DNA of 41,745 nt. Source: a bacterium (lineage in GTDB: Bacteria > Patescibacteriota > Minisyncoccia > Phycocordibacterales > UBA10002). Each line of letters begins with the position of its first letter. The first letter of the stretch is position 1. This document shows, in pieces, positions 34,406 to 41,745 of this stretch. The notes below the pieces were generated by a model. The model made no database searches. It saw only the letters and a program-made list of their open reading frames with translations, and was not told the DNA's origin. Where the stretch lies: the NCBI GenBank assembly GCA_030697445.1, contig JAUYPY010000030.1, positions 1 through 41,745 on the forward strand. The letters run 5' to 3'. The translations under genes and the position numbers were made by a program.

Positions 34406-35408
34406 TTCGTCTAGTATACAACATTTCTTTTATTTTAGATGCTGTACGGAATCCTTTACAGTGCTCCAATAATCCAAGATATGACGGTAGATTTATACGG
34501 TTCACCCGCTTCAGCATCCTTTTTCTGGTTCGCGTCCGCAGTACCCGATAATGCGGAAGAGAAACATATCCAAGAAAATCAGTTCCTTGTCGCAGTTTCC
34601 GTAGGGAAACTTTGCGCGGGTGGAGTTCCAGCAAGAGTTTGTCGCGCAAAAACATCTGAATGCGTGCAATCAACCACATCAATGCTGCACGGCTTTTATC
34701 CAAAATCACAAAATCATCGCAGTAACGAATGTAGTATGGTGCCTTGAGCGTGTGCTTTACAAACTGGTCCAGTACATTTAGATAGATGTTGGCGAAAATC
34801 TGACTGGTTACATTGCCGAGCGGCAGACCTTTGTTCGGTGCGACCTCAAAAGAAGAGATGATGCGGTGAATAAGAGTGAGGAGATTTTGGTCGGTGATTC
34901 TGTGTGAAATGCTAGAAAAAAGAATGCGGTGGTCAATGGAATCAAAAAACTTCCTGATGTCGCACTTCAAGACAAATGCGGAATTGGTATAGTTTGTAGA
35001 TACTTTTCGCGCAAAGACCTCAAATTGTTTTACGCCTGCGTGTGTGCCCTTACGTTCTCTAGAAGCATATGAATCGTGTATGAATGTATTATCAAATATC
35101 TGATACAATTCTTGATATACAACTTGAAATAGAACGCGGTCTCGAACGCTCGGGACATGAATGATGCGTGGTTTTGGGTCGGCAATGGGCTGGCGTTCAT
35201 AGGGGTCGTTTGTCCACACGCCAAAAGCAAGCTGTTCGTGGAGAGAAAAGAGGTTTTCTTCCAAATACAACTCAAACCTTGCAAATTCACTATCGGTTCG
35301 CTTTCCTTTGGAAAACCTCCGCCATGCGCGAAGTAGATTTTCCGGAGAAATTAGAGCATAAAAATCACTATTATGACGCCCCCCCCCCGACCGTACTCCA
35401 TCCGTCAT
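34392..35408 (-). CDS. DGR-type reverse transcriptase
   Basis: 338 aa. LGNVTSQIFANIYL (the I/LGxxxSQ signature of DGR RTs), YIRYCDDFVIL (YxDD), and an N-terminal ENLLRAWRRFSKGKR motif. Confidence 0.9.
   Translation of the reverse strand: MTDGVRSGGGRHNSDFYALISPENLLRAWRRFSKGKRTDSEFARFELYLEENLFSLHEQLAFGVWTNDPYERQPIADPKPRIIHVPSVRDRVLFQVVYQELYQIFDNTFIHDSYASRERKGTHAGVKQFEVFARKVSTNYTNSAFVLKCDIRKFFDSIDHRILFSSISHRITDQNLLTLIHRIISSFEVAPNKGLPLGNVTSQIFANIYLNVLDQFVKHTLKAPYYIRYCDDFVILDKSRAALMWLIARIQMFLRDKLLLELHPRKVSLRKLRQGTDFLGYVSLPHYRVLRTRTRKRMLKRVNRINLPSYLGLLEHCKGFRTASKIKEMLYTRRNEKW
35379..35388 (-). repeat. G10 homopolymer (C10 on plus strand) in RT codons 7-10
   Basis: gacgCCCCCCCCCCgacc, encoding S-G-G-G-R. 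Confidence 0.95.
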
Positions 35409-35409
35409 T

Positions 35410-35742
35410 TTGAAGATTCGTCTGTTGCATAAAGAGATTTACGATATTGGGAAGAAATTGCCGAAGGGGGATAAATTGGGGATTCACACGACTGTTGAAA
35501 AATACACTCTAGAACTACTCGCCACAGCCATCGCGGCATCCCTTACTTCAGGAAGAGAGAAAATCCCCTTACTGAAAAAAGCGCGCATTCAAGTTCACCA
35601 AGTAATTCACCTCATCCGAACAGAATATGAACTTGGTATTGTTATGGAGAAAATATACCTGCGCCTGTCCGCACAACTAGTTGAAATTGCAAAGATGTTG
35701 AATGGTTGGATAACCTACGAAACGAACAAAGAGTCGCGATGA
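35410..35742 (+). CDS. avd: Avd-like four-helix-bundle protein (23S rRNA IVS protein family), TTG start
   Basis: 110 aa. KEIYDIGKKLPKGDKLGIHTTVEKYTLELLATAIAAS...EIAKMLNGWI matches the four-helix-bundle/Avd pattern. Opposite strand to RT, TR and VR. Confidence 0.7.
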   Translation: MKIRLLHKEIYDIGKKLPKGDKLGIHTTVEKYTLELLATAIAASLTSGREKIPLLKKARIQVHQVIHLIRTEYELGIVMEKIYLRLSAQLVEIAKMLNGWITYETNKESR

Positions 35743-35750
35743 CTCTTTGT
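35726..35750 (-). other. perfect 10-bp hairpin 12 nt 3' of the TR
   Basis: Arms acaaagagtc and gactctttgt, loop gcgat. Overlaps the avd stop codon. Confidence 0.7.
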
Positions 35751-35761
35751 GCGAGAAATTT

Positions 35762-35875
35762 CTGAACGGGCGCCGTTATTCGGGTTGCAGTTGTCGGCAT
35801 AGTTCCAGTTGAGGTAGACCTTGCGATTGTCCGGATTCCAGTTGCCGTTCGCAACCTTGTCGTCGCGGAGACGGT
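35762..35875 (-). repeat. DGR template repeat (TR), 114 nt
   Basis: Aligns without gaps to 36142-36255. In the VR frame it reads RLRDDKVANGNWNPDNRKVYLNWNYADNCNPNNGARS, which is rich in AAC/Asn codons. Confidence 0.9.
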
Positions 35876-36050
35876 ACCTCGTTATGCCGCGCTTCGTCCG
35901 TATCACCGAGAACCTTTTTCAAGATTCTCTGTGTTTCCTCGTGGTAGAACGAGCGTAGTATAAAGACGTGGCAAGCAATTTCTTTGTGTGGCAAACTGTT
36001 ATCGCGCCAGAGGCGGACCAATTTCACAGCCAGTTTTAGTATAACAAAAG

Positions 36051-36089
36051 CCCCGACTTTGTCATCCGTAAGCGGAGACAAAATCGGGG
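36051..36089 (-). terminator. terminator hairpin after the DGR target gene
   Basis: Arms ccccgactttgtc and gacaaaatcgggg with one wobble. On the minus strand the hairpin is followed by CTTTTGTTAT. Confidence 0.6.
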
Positions 36090-36115
36090 CGGGGTAAGGA
36101 TTAAGGGAAGAAGGG

Positions 36116-36916
36116 TTAAGACCTAAGGGGAACCTTCTTTGCTGAACGGGCGCCGTAAGACGGGTTGCAGCTGCCGGCATAGCTCCAGTAGAGGTAGACC
36201 TTGCGATAGCCCGGATGCCAGTAGCCGTACGCAACCTCGCCGCCGCGGAGACGGTCTTCTGGGAACCAAGTCCATGTCTCTGGATCTAGATGCTCTCCGG
36301 TAACGACATGATGCATGGTGTCTGCATCGCACCAGCCGAAGAGACCGAGCCAGAGTTTGTTCTGGATTTTGACGAGTTGGTCTGGACTTTTGGCGTAGTC
36401 GCTGAGGGTGTCGTCGTCTGGTTTGACAGAACGATTGATGAGGTAGAGTTCGGGCTCTTTCTGGCCTTTGCTGTTTGTGTACTTCATCACATCTGTCTCT
36501 TCGTATGGCTTGTTTTCTCCCATTTTCAGTTTCCATTCAATCGCATGGCGATTGGTGGCGCCTGCAGGACGGAAGGCGGGCATGAGGGTGGTGCTTGCGA
36601 GTTCTTCGTCCGTAAGGGAGAAGAGGTCTCGTAGTATCACTAGTTCTCCTATGAAGAACCTGTGGAGTTCCTCTCGCGCTTTAAGCCAGTCGGCGAGGGT
36701 GTGACCGGTGGAGCGGAGGGTGGGGATGTGCGGGGATTCCTCAATCTGCGTCTTCTCCTGTTTAGGAACCCAGCATGGTTCCTGTCTGTTGAACTTATTG
36801 AGTTCAGTGAGTACCTCTTGACCCTTTTCTCCGTTTAATTTCACGAAGAGGTCAGAAATCGGTCCCTGCAAGAGTACACGGAGCGATTCGTTGTTGCCGA
36901 GCATGCCGGTTTGCAT
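36116..36916 (-). CDS. DGR variable (target) protein, VR at C-terminus; no signal peptide seen
   Basis: 266 aa. The C-terminus reads RLRGGEVAYGYWHPGYRKVYLYWSYAGSCNPSYGARSAKKVPLRS. GAAAGGA lies 8 nt upstream of the ATG. Confidence 0.85.
   Translation of the reverse strand: MQTGMLGNNESLRVLLQGPISDLFVKLNGEKGQEVLTELNKFNRQEPCWVPKQEKTQIEESPHIPTLRSTGHTLADWLKAREELHRFFIGELVILRDLFSLTDEELASTTLMPAFRPAGATNRHAIEWKLKMGENKPYEETDVMKYTNSKGQKEPELYLINRSVKPDDDTLSDYAKSPDQLVKIQNKLWLGLFGWCDADTMHHVVTGEHLDPETWTWFPEDRLRGGEVAYGYWHPGYRKVYLYWSYAGSCNPSYGARSAKKVPLRS
36142..36255 (-). repeat. DGR variable repeat (VR), 114 nt
   Basis: 15 mismatches to the TR, all at TR positions that are A on the minus strand (plus-strand T changed to a, c or g). 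None of the 82 non-A positions differs. Confidence 0.9.
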
Positions 36917-36993
36917 GGTCAGTCCTTTCTTTTTTTAAGTTACCGAAGAACGGTCGTGAGAGAGCGGGTGCCCACTCATCCATTCTGTGGAGA

Positions 36994-37021
36994 AGTGTAG
37001 CACGAGACGATTTATAAGTCA
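36994..37021 (-). promoter_or_regulatory. sigma70-type promoter (TTGACT-N16-TACACT) for the DGR target gene
   Basis: On the minus strand, TTGACT is at 37021-37016 and TACACT at 36999-36994. Leader of about 85 nt. Confidence 0.5.
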
Positions 37022-37038
37022 ATAGCACTGTAAATGAA

Positions 37039-38331
37039 TTATTCAACCTCCTTCCAACTATCAATCGTGTACCCGCCAGACGGGCCGCTGGTAAAAATGA
37101 GGTTCGCCAAGCCGGTTTCGTACTTTACTTCCGCGCTGTTCTTGAGCCGAATGCGATATCCGCTCGCCTCTTTAACATTGACCGAATCCTGAATCAGCAC
37201 TTCGCCGTGCGGCGCGTACACGAGCAACGCGCCGTCAACTGAGTTTTTAAGGTCAATTGCGGTTTCGCTTCCACCTTGTTCGGCGCTTTTATTTTGCGAA
37301 ATCATAAGGACATACGACCCCGTCGAGCCAGAACCTTGAAATACCGCAGAGTTCTGCAGTTCAATTTTACTGCTGGTCGTCTGATTTGTCGGCTTATCGG
37401 CAATAACAGGGACGCTCGTGTTTCCAAGCGAAGACGAAACGCGAACGATTGCGGTGTTTTTAATTGTAATATTTCCAGAAACCCATAATGCGCCGCCAAG
37501 CGTAACCACGGGGTCGTTGGTAATTTCCAAATCGCAGTTTATTTTCTTCGGTCCAATGGTCGTATTGATGTCAATCTTGTATGGACATGGGGCAGACACG
37601 GTGCCGCCTGCAAGCGCATCCGCTTCCCAGTCCGCAATCTGCGCATCGGAAATGGCGAGCGATGAGGTCGCTTGGTCGGCACTCCCTGGGTGAAGCGCGC
37701 CGTCTACAGTCGTCCCTGAAATTGTTTGGTAGTACGCATCGCCGTCTATATCCGAGTCCCGTATCGTATGCGCGTATGCGGTACTCGTTGCATGCACCCT
37801 GTCAATCAACCCCGCTGGTCCCGCAGACACAACGGTTCCTTTTACTACATTTCTATTCTCTCCGGTCACCGGACCGTTTGAATACACATTTCCCAAAATG
37901 CTCGTGGTATTCAGCAGGTCAATCCCGCCCGCCCCTGCCTGCATTCCATAATTGAACGAGGCACCAGCGCCTTGCGCGAGATGTACGCGCGATTTTCGCG
38001 TAAAACGCGCCCCGCTCGCTGATGTATTTACTTCCTGTCCTCCGGACACCGCCGTTATTATTGCGGTTGCTGTTACTCCGCCAACAGTAAGCGATTCCGA
38101 ATCGCCTACAGCCAGTCCTTTTATTTTCCGATACGCCACATCTTCAGACGCAGATGAAATCGTGTACAAACCTTGCCGCGCGTCCGCAAACGCGCGCGCC
38201 GAGGCGGCGCGCCGCAAAGCGGGGCCAGCCGCCGCGGCGGAAATCGCCGCGGAGGCGGCAAGAAAGAACAAGCAGGCAATAATCATCACTTGCCCACGAT
38301 TAGTATGAATTGCGTAGAATGGTTGTTGCAT
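37039..38331 (-). CDS. large pilus-associated protein with PilX-like N-terminal hydrophobic segment
   Basis: NRGQVMIIACLFFLAASAAIS, then a long Gly/Ser/Thr-rich, beta-rich region. Last gene of the pilus operon. The start is uncertain (38331 or 38286). Confidence 0.6.
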   Translation of the reverse strand: MQQPFYAIHTNRGQVMIIACLFFLAASAAISAAAAGPALRRAASARAFADARQGLYTISSASEDVAYRKIKGLAVGDSESLTVGGVTATAIITAVSGGQEVNTSASGARFTRKSRVHLAQGAGASFNYGMQAGAGGIDLLNTTSILGNVYSNGPVTGENRNVVKGTVVSAGPAGLIDRVHATSTAYAHTIRDSDIDGDAYYQTISGTTVDGALHPGSADQATSSLAISDAQIADWEADALAGGTVSAPCPYKIDINTTIGPKKINCDLEITNDPVVTLGGALWVSGNITIKNTAIVRVSSSLGNTSVPVIADKPTNQTTSSKIELQNSAVFQGSGSTGSYVLMISQNKSAEQGGSETAIDLKNSVDGALLVYAPHGEVLIQDSVNVKEASGYRIRLKNSAEVKYETGLANLIFTSGPSGGYTIDSWKEVE

Positions 38332-38908
38332 AAAATTTTTTGGTGATAGATGCGGAACCGACACCGCTTTGGATCGACAACTCAATTTTCACCGCCTCCG
38401 ACTTTCCCGTTGCAATGCGCCGCGCAACAAAACTTGAGACGGCAACCTTGCTTCCGGTAAGCGCCCCACTGTCCGTGCTATTTTCTTTTATACGCAAAGC
38501 CGAGCCGGAAACAAAAAACTCAACCGTGCGCGCGGCGCCCGCCTCATCAGTCGTATTAAACACCAACTGGCTTGGATTCACGCCAAGAATACTTGTTCCA
38601 ATATCAACCCTTTCCGAACCGCGCGCTTCGCGCGTGATGCGCTCCAATACCACCGCGCCATCGCGTTCAATGCGCGATAGGTTTGCAACTCCTCCATACG
38701 CGCGCGAAAGCCCGAGCGCCGTTCCGACAATCATTACAAGCGCGGTCGCAAACACCGCGAGGTACACGAGGAGCTCTACAATTGAAAAACCGAAAGCGAA
38801 ACAAAAACCCTTTTTCAAAACTGGGGTGGGGGCGTGGCCATTCCATTCTGATGGAATGGGGGGGAAAGTTTTGGAAAAGGGTTTTTGTGAAGCACTCATA
38901 TTATTCAA
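38300..38908 (-). CDS. prepilin-type N-terminal cleavage/methylation domain protein (pseudopilin)
   Basis: KKGFCFAFGFSIVELLVYLAVFATA class III signal-like segment. Confidence 0.65.
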   Translation of the reverse strand: MNNMSASQKPFSKTFPPIPSEWNGHAPTPVLKKGFCFAFGFSIVELLVYLAVFATALVMIVGTALGLSRAYGGVANLSRIERDGAVVLERITREARGSERVDIGTSILGVNPSQLVFNTTDEAGAARTVEFFVSGSALRIKENSTDSGALTGSKVAVSSFVARRIATGKSEAVKIELSIQSGVGSASITKKFYATTILRNSY

Positions 38909-39380
38909 AAAGATTCATGAGGTATGTTTCCATCACCCGCTCACCTGCTTGTGGAGTGGTCGTCGCCCACGAGACGCGCACGGTAACTTTTCTCGCGCCA
39001 GCATCAACCGCTTTTGCATCGGTAGAAGTGCTCATCACAATATCTTTGTCCGAATTGCGGCGATACACATCATTCAACACGAATGTCCTCCGGAAAACAC
39101 CGTCAATCATTTGCGGCGTTGCAGTGGTTACCCACTTCGTGCCGTCAAAATTCAAGTAGTACTCCGAACCAACGGCGAGCGATGCAAAGTTGCTCCATCC
39201 TGTATCACGAATCGCGGTTATCGCCTCAATACCCTCCTCCGCAAGCGCCGCGCCTTGCACCTGTTCAAGCGTTCCCCTTCCGTGCCGCGCGGCAACTTGA
39301 AACGCCGTCAGCACCGACACAAACGACGCAAGCAGCACCGCCACCGCCACCAAAATCTCGACCAAAGAAAATCCTTTCAT
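38901..39380 (-). CDS. prepilin-type pseudopilin
   Basis: MKGFSLVEILVAVAVLL (G|FSLVE cleavage/methylation motif). Confidence 0.75.
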   Translation of the reverse strand: MKGFSLVEILVAVAVLLASFVSVLTAFQVAARHGRGTLEQVQGAALAEEGIEAITAIRDTGWSNFASLAVGSEYYLNFDGTKWVTTATPQMIDGVFRRTFVLNDVYRRNSDKDIVMSTSTDAKAVDAGARKVTVRVSWATTTPQAGERVMETYLMNLFE

Positions 39381-39392
39381 CTATTTATTATA

Positions 39393-39845
39393 TCACTCGC
39401 TCTCCACCGTACCGAGTGTGTTTACACTCACTGTTTTTGATACTGAAGGGTTCCCGCGCACCAAGAGCGTTATTGAGCCGGCTGATACTGCGGCACCCGT
39501 AAGCCGTTTAAATATGACTTCATTTCCGGAAAAAGAAATGGTGGAAATAGTTATGCGGCGCGCGAGCATTTCTGTTTTATTATCCGAACTGCCCGCTTGA
39601 TAGGTCGGCGCGCGGAAAAGAACCGCGCGGTCTGATTCAAAATGCACGCCGTACGCAGAACTATTTTCACCCGCGAGCGTCTTGCTCCTCGCCTCTGTGA
39701 TAAGCGCCGCCACGCGCGCCGCGCCGGAATCCAATTCGCGGCGCGCCGCGTAAGACGAAAACGAAAACCACCCCGCGCCCACCACTAGCGCGAGAATCGC
39801 AACACTCACCACCACTTCCAAAAGAGTAAATCCGCGATATTTCAT
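39393..39845 (-). CDS. prepilin-type pseudopilin (GspH/FimT-like)
   Basis: MKYRGFTLLEVVVSVAILALVV (G|FTLLE). Confidence 0.75.
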   Translation of the reverse strand: MKYRGFTLLEVVVSVAILALVVGAGWFSFSSYAARRELDSGAARVAALITEARSKTLAGENSSAYGVHFESDRAVLFRAPTYQAGSSDNKTEMLARRITISTISFSGNEVIFKRLTGAAVSAGSITLLVRGNPSVSKTVSVNTLGTVESE

Positions 39846-39848
39846 ATA

Positions 39849-40919
39849 TTAGACATTATTCATCAAAGTATACATCGGCAAAATCATAGAATAGGCGAAG
39901 AAGCCCGCCGCTATGCCGACGGCGACCATGAGCACCGGCTCTACCACCGCGGAAAGGTTTTTTGTTTTTTGTTCCACTTCCGCCTCGTAAAACAGCGCGG
40001 TTTCCTTGAGCATCTCACCGAGCTTGCCCGTCTCCTCGCCGGACGCGACCATTTCCGAAAAATACGGCTGGTACAACTTACCCGCTTCCGCAAACGCGGA
40101 TGAAAGCGTCTTTCCTTTTTCAACAACAGCACGCGCATTCATAATCACCTTATGGTAATACGAGTTTTGCACCACATCAGCGACTACCCCGAGCGAGGCG
40201 ACAATCGGCACGCCGGCGGAAGTGAGGGACCCTAGAGTGCGTGCAGTGCGTGCGGAATTGAGTTCTACGACAATCTCACGGAGCTCCGGCGTATGGAGCG
40301 CACAAAAATCAAGTACGCGCCCACCAAACGCCGTGCGAAAAAATATAAGCAAGACGGCGGCGACAAATAACACAGAGGAGAGGAACAGAACGCTGTGATT
40401 TTGAAGAGCGTCGCTCGCGTAAACAAGCGCACGCGTGCTCAAGGGCAATGCAACGCCAAACTCCTTAAAAGTAGAAGAAAGTTCTGGCACCACATAGATG
40501 AGCATCAAAATAGCGATTGCAATCATCACTAGAATAATAATCGCGGGGTAGATGAGAGCACCGCGAAGTTTCCTGCCGAGCGCATACACTCGGTCTAGTT
40601 GTTCCGCAAGCGAAGCAAACGACTGCGCGAGCGAGCCGCTCTCCTCTCCTGCAGCAACCACCGCCGGAAAGAGAGGCGGAAATACGCGCGGAAATTGCCG
40701 CAAGGCGTCTGAAAGCGCTCTGCCTTTCCGCACCTCGTCTCCGATGGCAGAGAGCGTTTTCTTGAATGATTTATTTCCGCTTTGGCGCACGAGCACTTCA
40801 AGCGCGCGTGAGAGCGGTAAGCCCGCAGAAAGCATTGCGCCAACATTCCGCGCAAATGCCACCTTCTCGCGCAACGGCACGAACGAAAAAGAAAATAAAT
40901 TTTTGTAAGTAAATTTCAT
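39849..40919 (-). CDS. pilC: type IV pilus / T2SS platform protein (GspF/PilC family)
   Basis: 356 aa. Two T2SSF repeats, including LSAGLPLSRALEVL and ASGEETGKLGEML. TAATG overlap with pilB. Confidence 0.85.
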   Translation of the reverse strand: MKFTYKNLFSFSFVPLREKVAFARNVGAMLSAGLPLSRALEVLVRQSGNKSFKKTLSAIGDEVRKGRALSDALRQFPRVFPPLFPAVVAAGEESGSLAQSFASLAEQLDRVYALGRKLRGALIYPAIIILVMIAIAILMLIYVVPELSSTFKEFGVALPLSTRALVYASDALQNHSVLFLSSVLFVAAVLLIFFRTAFGGRVLDFCALHTPELREIVVELNSARTARTLGSLTSAGVPIVASLGVVADVVQNSYYHKVIMNARAVVEKGKTLSSAFAEAGKLYQPYFSEMVASGEETGKLGEMLKETALFYEAEVEQKTKNLSAVVEPVLMVAVGIAAGFFAYSMILPMYTLMNNV

Positions 40920-41745
40920 TATTCTGATACAACGCGCATCACCTCTTCAATCGTAGTGATGCCTTGTGCGCATTTGAATATTCCATCTTCAAGCATCGTG
41001 AGCATCCCTTCGCTCCGCGCCTGTTTGTCTATATCAGATGTTGTCGCTCCGCGCATCACAAGGTCACGAATGGCGGATGAAATACCCATCACCTCATAAA
41101 TTCCAATTCTGCCTTCGTACCCTTCGGTGCCGTCTGACGCGGTCCGCGGCTTGTAGAACGGCACCTTTTCCCAATGCGTTCCCTTCGGTACGATTTTGTT
41201 TTCAACAAGTGCCGCAAGCGTCTTGTTCAAATCAATACTCTTACCAAGCGCCGCAATGCCCGCTTTGGTTAGAAAATATTTTTCTTTAATACCCGAGAGT
41301 TTGCGCACAAGCCGCTGGGCAATCACTAGATTTACGGTAGACACGAGTAAAAATGGTTCTACTTTCATATCCAAAAGCCGCGGCACCGCTCCCGCCGCGG
41401 AGTTCGTGTGCAGTGTTGAAAGCACCAGGTGCCCCGTGAGCGCGGCGTTAATCGCGAGCGAGGCGGTTTCGTTGTCGCGGATTTCCCCAACCATTACGAT
41501 ATCAGGGTCTTGCCGCACGAGCGTGCGGAGCCCGTCTGCAAAGGTGAGCCCAATTTCGGGCTTCACCTGCGTTTGGTTTACGCGCGCAATTTGATATTCA
41601 ATCGGATCTTCCACGGTGGAAATGTTCACCTCCGGTGTGTTTAAAATATCAATCATTGTATAGAGGGTCGTCGTCTTGCCGCTTCCGGTAGGACCAGTCG
41701 TCAAAAGCATTCCTGTCGTTTGATGGAGCGCTTTGTGCACTTTCT
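40919..41745 (-). CDS. pilB: type IV pilus assembly ATPase (GspE/PilB family), N-terminus outside the window
   Basis: Walker [11 protein letters not shown], Asp box, Walker [13 protein letters not shown] and His box [12 protein letters not shown]. The reading frame is open to the window edge. Confidence 0.9.
   Translation of the reverse strand, partial: KVHKALHQTTGMLLTTGPTGSGKTTTLYTMIDILNTPEVNISTVEDPIEYQIARVNQTQVKPEIGLTFADGLRTLVRQDPDIVMVGEIRDNETASLAINAALTGHLVLSTLHTNSAAGAVPRLLDMKVEPFLLVSTVNLVIAQRLVRKLSGIKEKYFLTKAGIAALGKSIDLNKTLAALVENKIVPKGTHWEKVPFYKPRTASDGTEGYEGRIGIYEVMGISSAIRDLVMRGATTSDIDKQARSEGMLTMLEDGIFKCAQGITTIEEVMRVVSE

Noticed and set aside
33651-34472. 273-aa plus-strand ORF, with similar long antisense ORFs at 11946-12647, 13400-14116, 17207-17713 and 3889-4431
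   Set aside because: Each is antisense to a confidently identified gene (tpiA, secF, secD, GT4 or rsmI) and has no motifs.
35642-36536. ORFs 35642-35854, 35715-35906, 35776-36234 and 36123-36536 (minus)
   Set aside because: They are artefacts of the TR/VR repeat and alternative frames of the target gene. 35715-35906 is simply the TR read in the VR frame, and the TR is a non-coding template.
38340-39440. 366-aa plus-strand ORF
   Set aside because: It is antisense to three pseudopilin genes that have clear class III signal peptides. Its composition is Arg/Ser/Pro-rich, typical of a GC-skewed shadow frame.

Overview
This 41.7-kb window is almost all minus-strand genes and looks like a small-genome, CPR/Parcubacteria-like bacterium; that assignment is inferred from gene content and rRNA architecture.

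Content, in order:
- A truncated TraD/VirD4-like ATPase.
- A cell-wall block: a GH-like DUF4015 protein, rsmI, nagZ, an ArsR regulator, NUDIX, murC and murD.
- tRNA-Leu and tRNA-Ile, then a stand-alone 16S rRNA.
- secDF.
- A brnTA toxin-antitoxin cassette flanked by perfect 94-bp direct repeats.
- Two glycosyltransferases and ftsW/rodA.
- A 5S plus 23S rRNA unit that is unlinked from the 16S. The 23S is interrupted by three group I introns.
- Three unknown genes.
- A split comEC with an Fe/Mn superoxide dismutase (SOD) gene between its halves, then rnhA, recJ, a HIT protein, pgk and tpiA.
- A diversity-generating retroelement (DGR).
- A type IV pilus operon: three pseudopilins, a PilX-like protein, pilC and pilB.

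The strongest finding is the DGR at 34392-36916. Its 114-nt template repeat (TR) and variable repeat (VR) differ at 15 positions, and every one is an adenine on the coding strand. The element also has an RT with LGNVTSQ and YCDDF motifs, an Avd-like four-helix-bundle gene, and a target gene carrying the VR at its 3' end. The layout is atypical. avd is inverted between TR and RT, the RT and avd start codons sit back to back, a G10 tract lies in RT codons 7-10, and the RT stop overlaps the tpiA start.

Other notable observations:
- A promoter, small membrane-protein ORF and terminator lie antisense inside one 23S intron, where the homing endonuclease gene appears to have been lost.
- One intron is inserted in the sarcin-ricin loop.
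- The 16S 3' tail lacks CCUCC, and many genes have leaderless-type promoters.
- A 28-nt palindromic operator family surrounds the ArsR gene.
- GC hairpins and a heptamer repeat sit in frame inside housekeeping genes.
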